Shown in pieces: positions 62,945 to 64,000 of a stretch of DNA of 64,000 nucleotides. This DNA comes from an uncultured Trueperaceae bacterium (GTDB lineage Bacteria; Deinococcota; Deinococci; Deinococcales; Trueperaceae): assembly GCA_963727505.1 (NCBI GenBank), contig CAVSGP010000006.1:128001-192000 (forward strand), written 5' to 3'. Position 1 is the stretch's first letter. The number at the start of each line of letters is the position of its first letter. Below the pieces are notes generated by a model. It did not search any database and was not told the origin of the DNA. It worked only from the letters and a program-made list of their open reading frames with translations. The position numbers and the translations under genes were made by a program.

Positions 62945-64000
62945 CTACTCCGGCAACACCATCTGGATCGCCTTCACGCGGCTGAAGTTGCGCATCGCTT
63001 CGAGGAAGTCCTTCTTGCGACCCACGCCGCTGCGCTTGTAGCCGCCGAAGGGTAGCCCCAGCTCACCGGTGTTGACGCGGTTGACCGACACGACCCCGGC
63101 CTCGATGCGGGTGGCCATGCGGTGGGCGACCCCCAGGTCGCGGGTCCAGACCCCGCTGGTGAGTCCGTAGTCGACGGCGTTGACGATGGCAACGGCCTGA
63201 TCCTCGTCGGCGAACGGCAGGACGCCGGCGACGGGACCGAAGACCTCGGACGTCATGATCTCGGCGTCGGCCGCTGCCTCCGTCACCACCGTGGGCGCGA
63301 TCCAGAAGCCGCCCTTCAGGCGCGCGTCCGACGGCAGGTCGGCGTGTGCGGGGATGCAGGCCCCGGCGGCGGCGGCGCGCTCGAGGGCGCCCTGCACCTT
63401 CTCCTGCTGGCGCTTGCTGACCATCGGCCCCACGATGGAGCGTTCGTCGAAGCCCTCGCCCACGTAGAGGCCGGCCACGGCGGAGGTGAAGCGCTCCATG
63501 AAGGACGGGTAGATCGACTCGTGCACCAGCACCCGCTCGCTGCCCGAGCACGCTTGCCCGCTGTTGAAGAAGGCGCTGCGCACCATGCCCTCCACGGCCT
63601 TGTCGAGATCCGCGTCGGGGAAGATGATGGAGGCGTTCTTGCCGCCGAGCTCCATCATGGTGGGCAGGATGCGCTTCGCCGCGGCGGCCAGGATCTTCTC
63701 GCCGGTGAGGTCGGAGCCGGTGAAGGCGATGAAGTCGATGCCGCGGTGCGCCACGAGCTGCACGCCGGTCTCGACGCCGCCCGTGACCACGTTGAGCACG
63801 CCCGGCGGCAGGACGTCGGCCGCCAGCTCGGCGATGCGCAGCGATGACAGGGGCGTCTCGGGCGCGGGCTTGAGGACAACGGTGTTGCCGGTGGCGAGCG
63901 CCAGCGCCGCGAAGTCGGCGGTGTGCATGGGGGGCCAGTTCCAGGGGATGATGACGGCGACCACCCCGTAGGGCTCGTAGACGATCTTGCGCATCTCCGT
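62945..64000 (-). CDS. Aldehyde dehydrogenase (5'-truncated by window edge)
   Basis: EPYGVVAVIIPWNWP, FTGS, MELGGK, GQAC, EVFGP, PFGGYKRSG. Confidence 0.95.
   Translation of the reverse strand, partial: TEMRKIVYEPYGVVAVIIPWNWPPMHTADFAALALATGNTVVLKPAPETPLSSLRIAELAADVLPPGVLNVVTGGVETGVQLVAHRGIDFIAFTGSDLTGEKILAAAAKRILPTMMELGGKNASIIFPDADLDKAVEGMVRSAFFNSGQACSGSERVLVHESIYPSFMERFTSAVAGLYVGEGFDERSIVGPMVSKRQQEKVQGALERAAAAGACIPAHADLPSDARLKGGFWIAPTVVTEAAADAEIMTSEVFGPVAGVLPFADEDQAVAIVNAVDYGLTSGVWTRDLGVAHRMATRIEAGVVSVNRVNTGELGLPFGGYKRSGVGRKKDFLEAMRNFSRVKAIQMVLPE

Overview
High-GC bacterial chromosome segment, most likely Deinococcota (Truepera/Deinococcus-like). The basis is inference from an archaeal/eukaryotic-type ProRS and from many genes with a TANNNT -10 box 5-8 nt before the start codon (leaderless architecture). 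Positions ~1-37.7 kb are mostly housekeeping: recQ (5'-truncated), a Liv-type ABC operon, metG, proS, ilvE, galE, ribH, a tRNA nucleotidyltransferase, coaE, tkt and bioY. Positions ~38-64 kb are accessory: a secreted carboxylesterase, an NHL-repeat lipoprotein, and a FadR/GntR-controlled divergent catabolic cluster. That cluster encodes TPP E1 alpha/beta, an E2-like lipoyl protein lacking the catalytic DHR motif, two M24-fold proteins with altered metal ligands, a second Liv-type ABC system, an amidohydrolase, an FAD oxidoreductase, a DHPON-hydrolase-like enzyme, a Gfo/Idh/MocA protein, a CMD/AhpD protein and two ALDHs. The best novelty candidates are (1) a compact cassette at 13.08-14.03 kb with promoter, operator, leader peptide, attenuator and two small Arg-rich proteins, (2) a Met-containing leader peptide plus terminator upstream of metG, and (3) the catabolic cluster with its pseudo-E2. 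I saw no rRNA, tRNA, CRISPR array, integrase or transposase. All family calls come from motif recognition by eye, not database searches.
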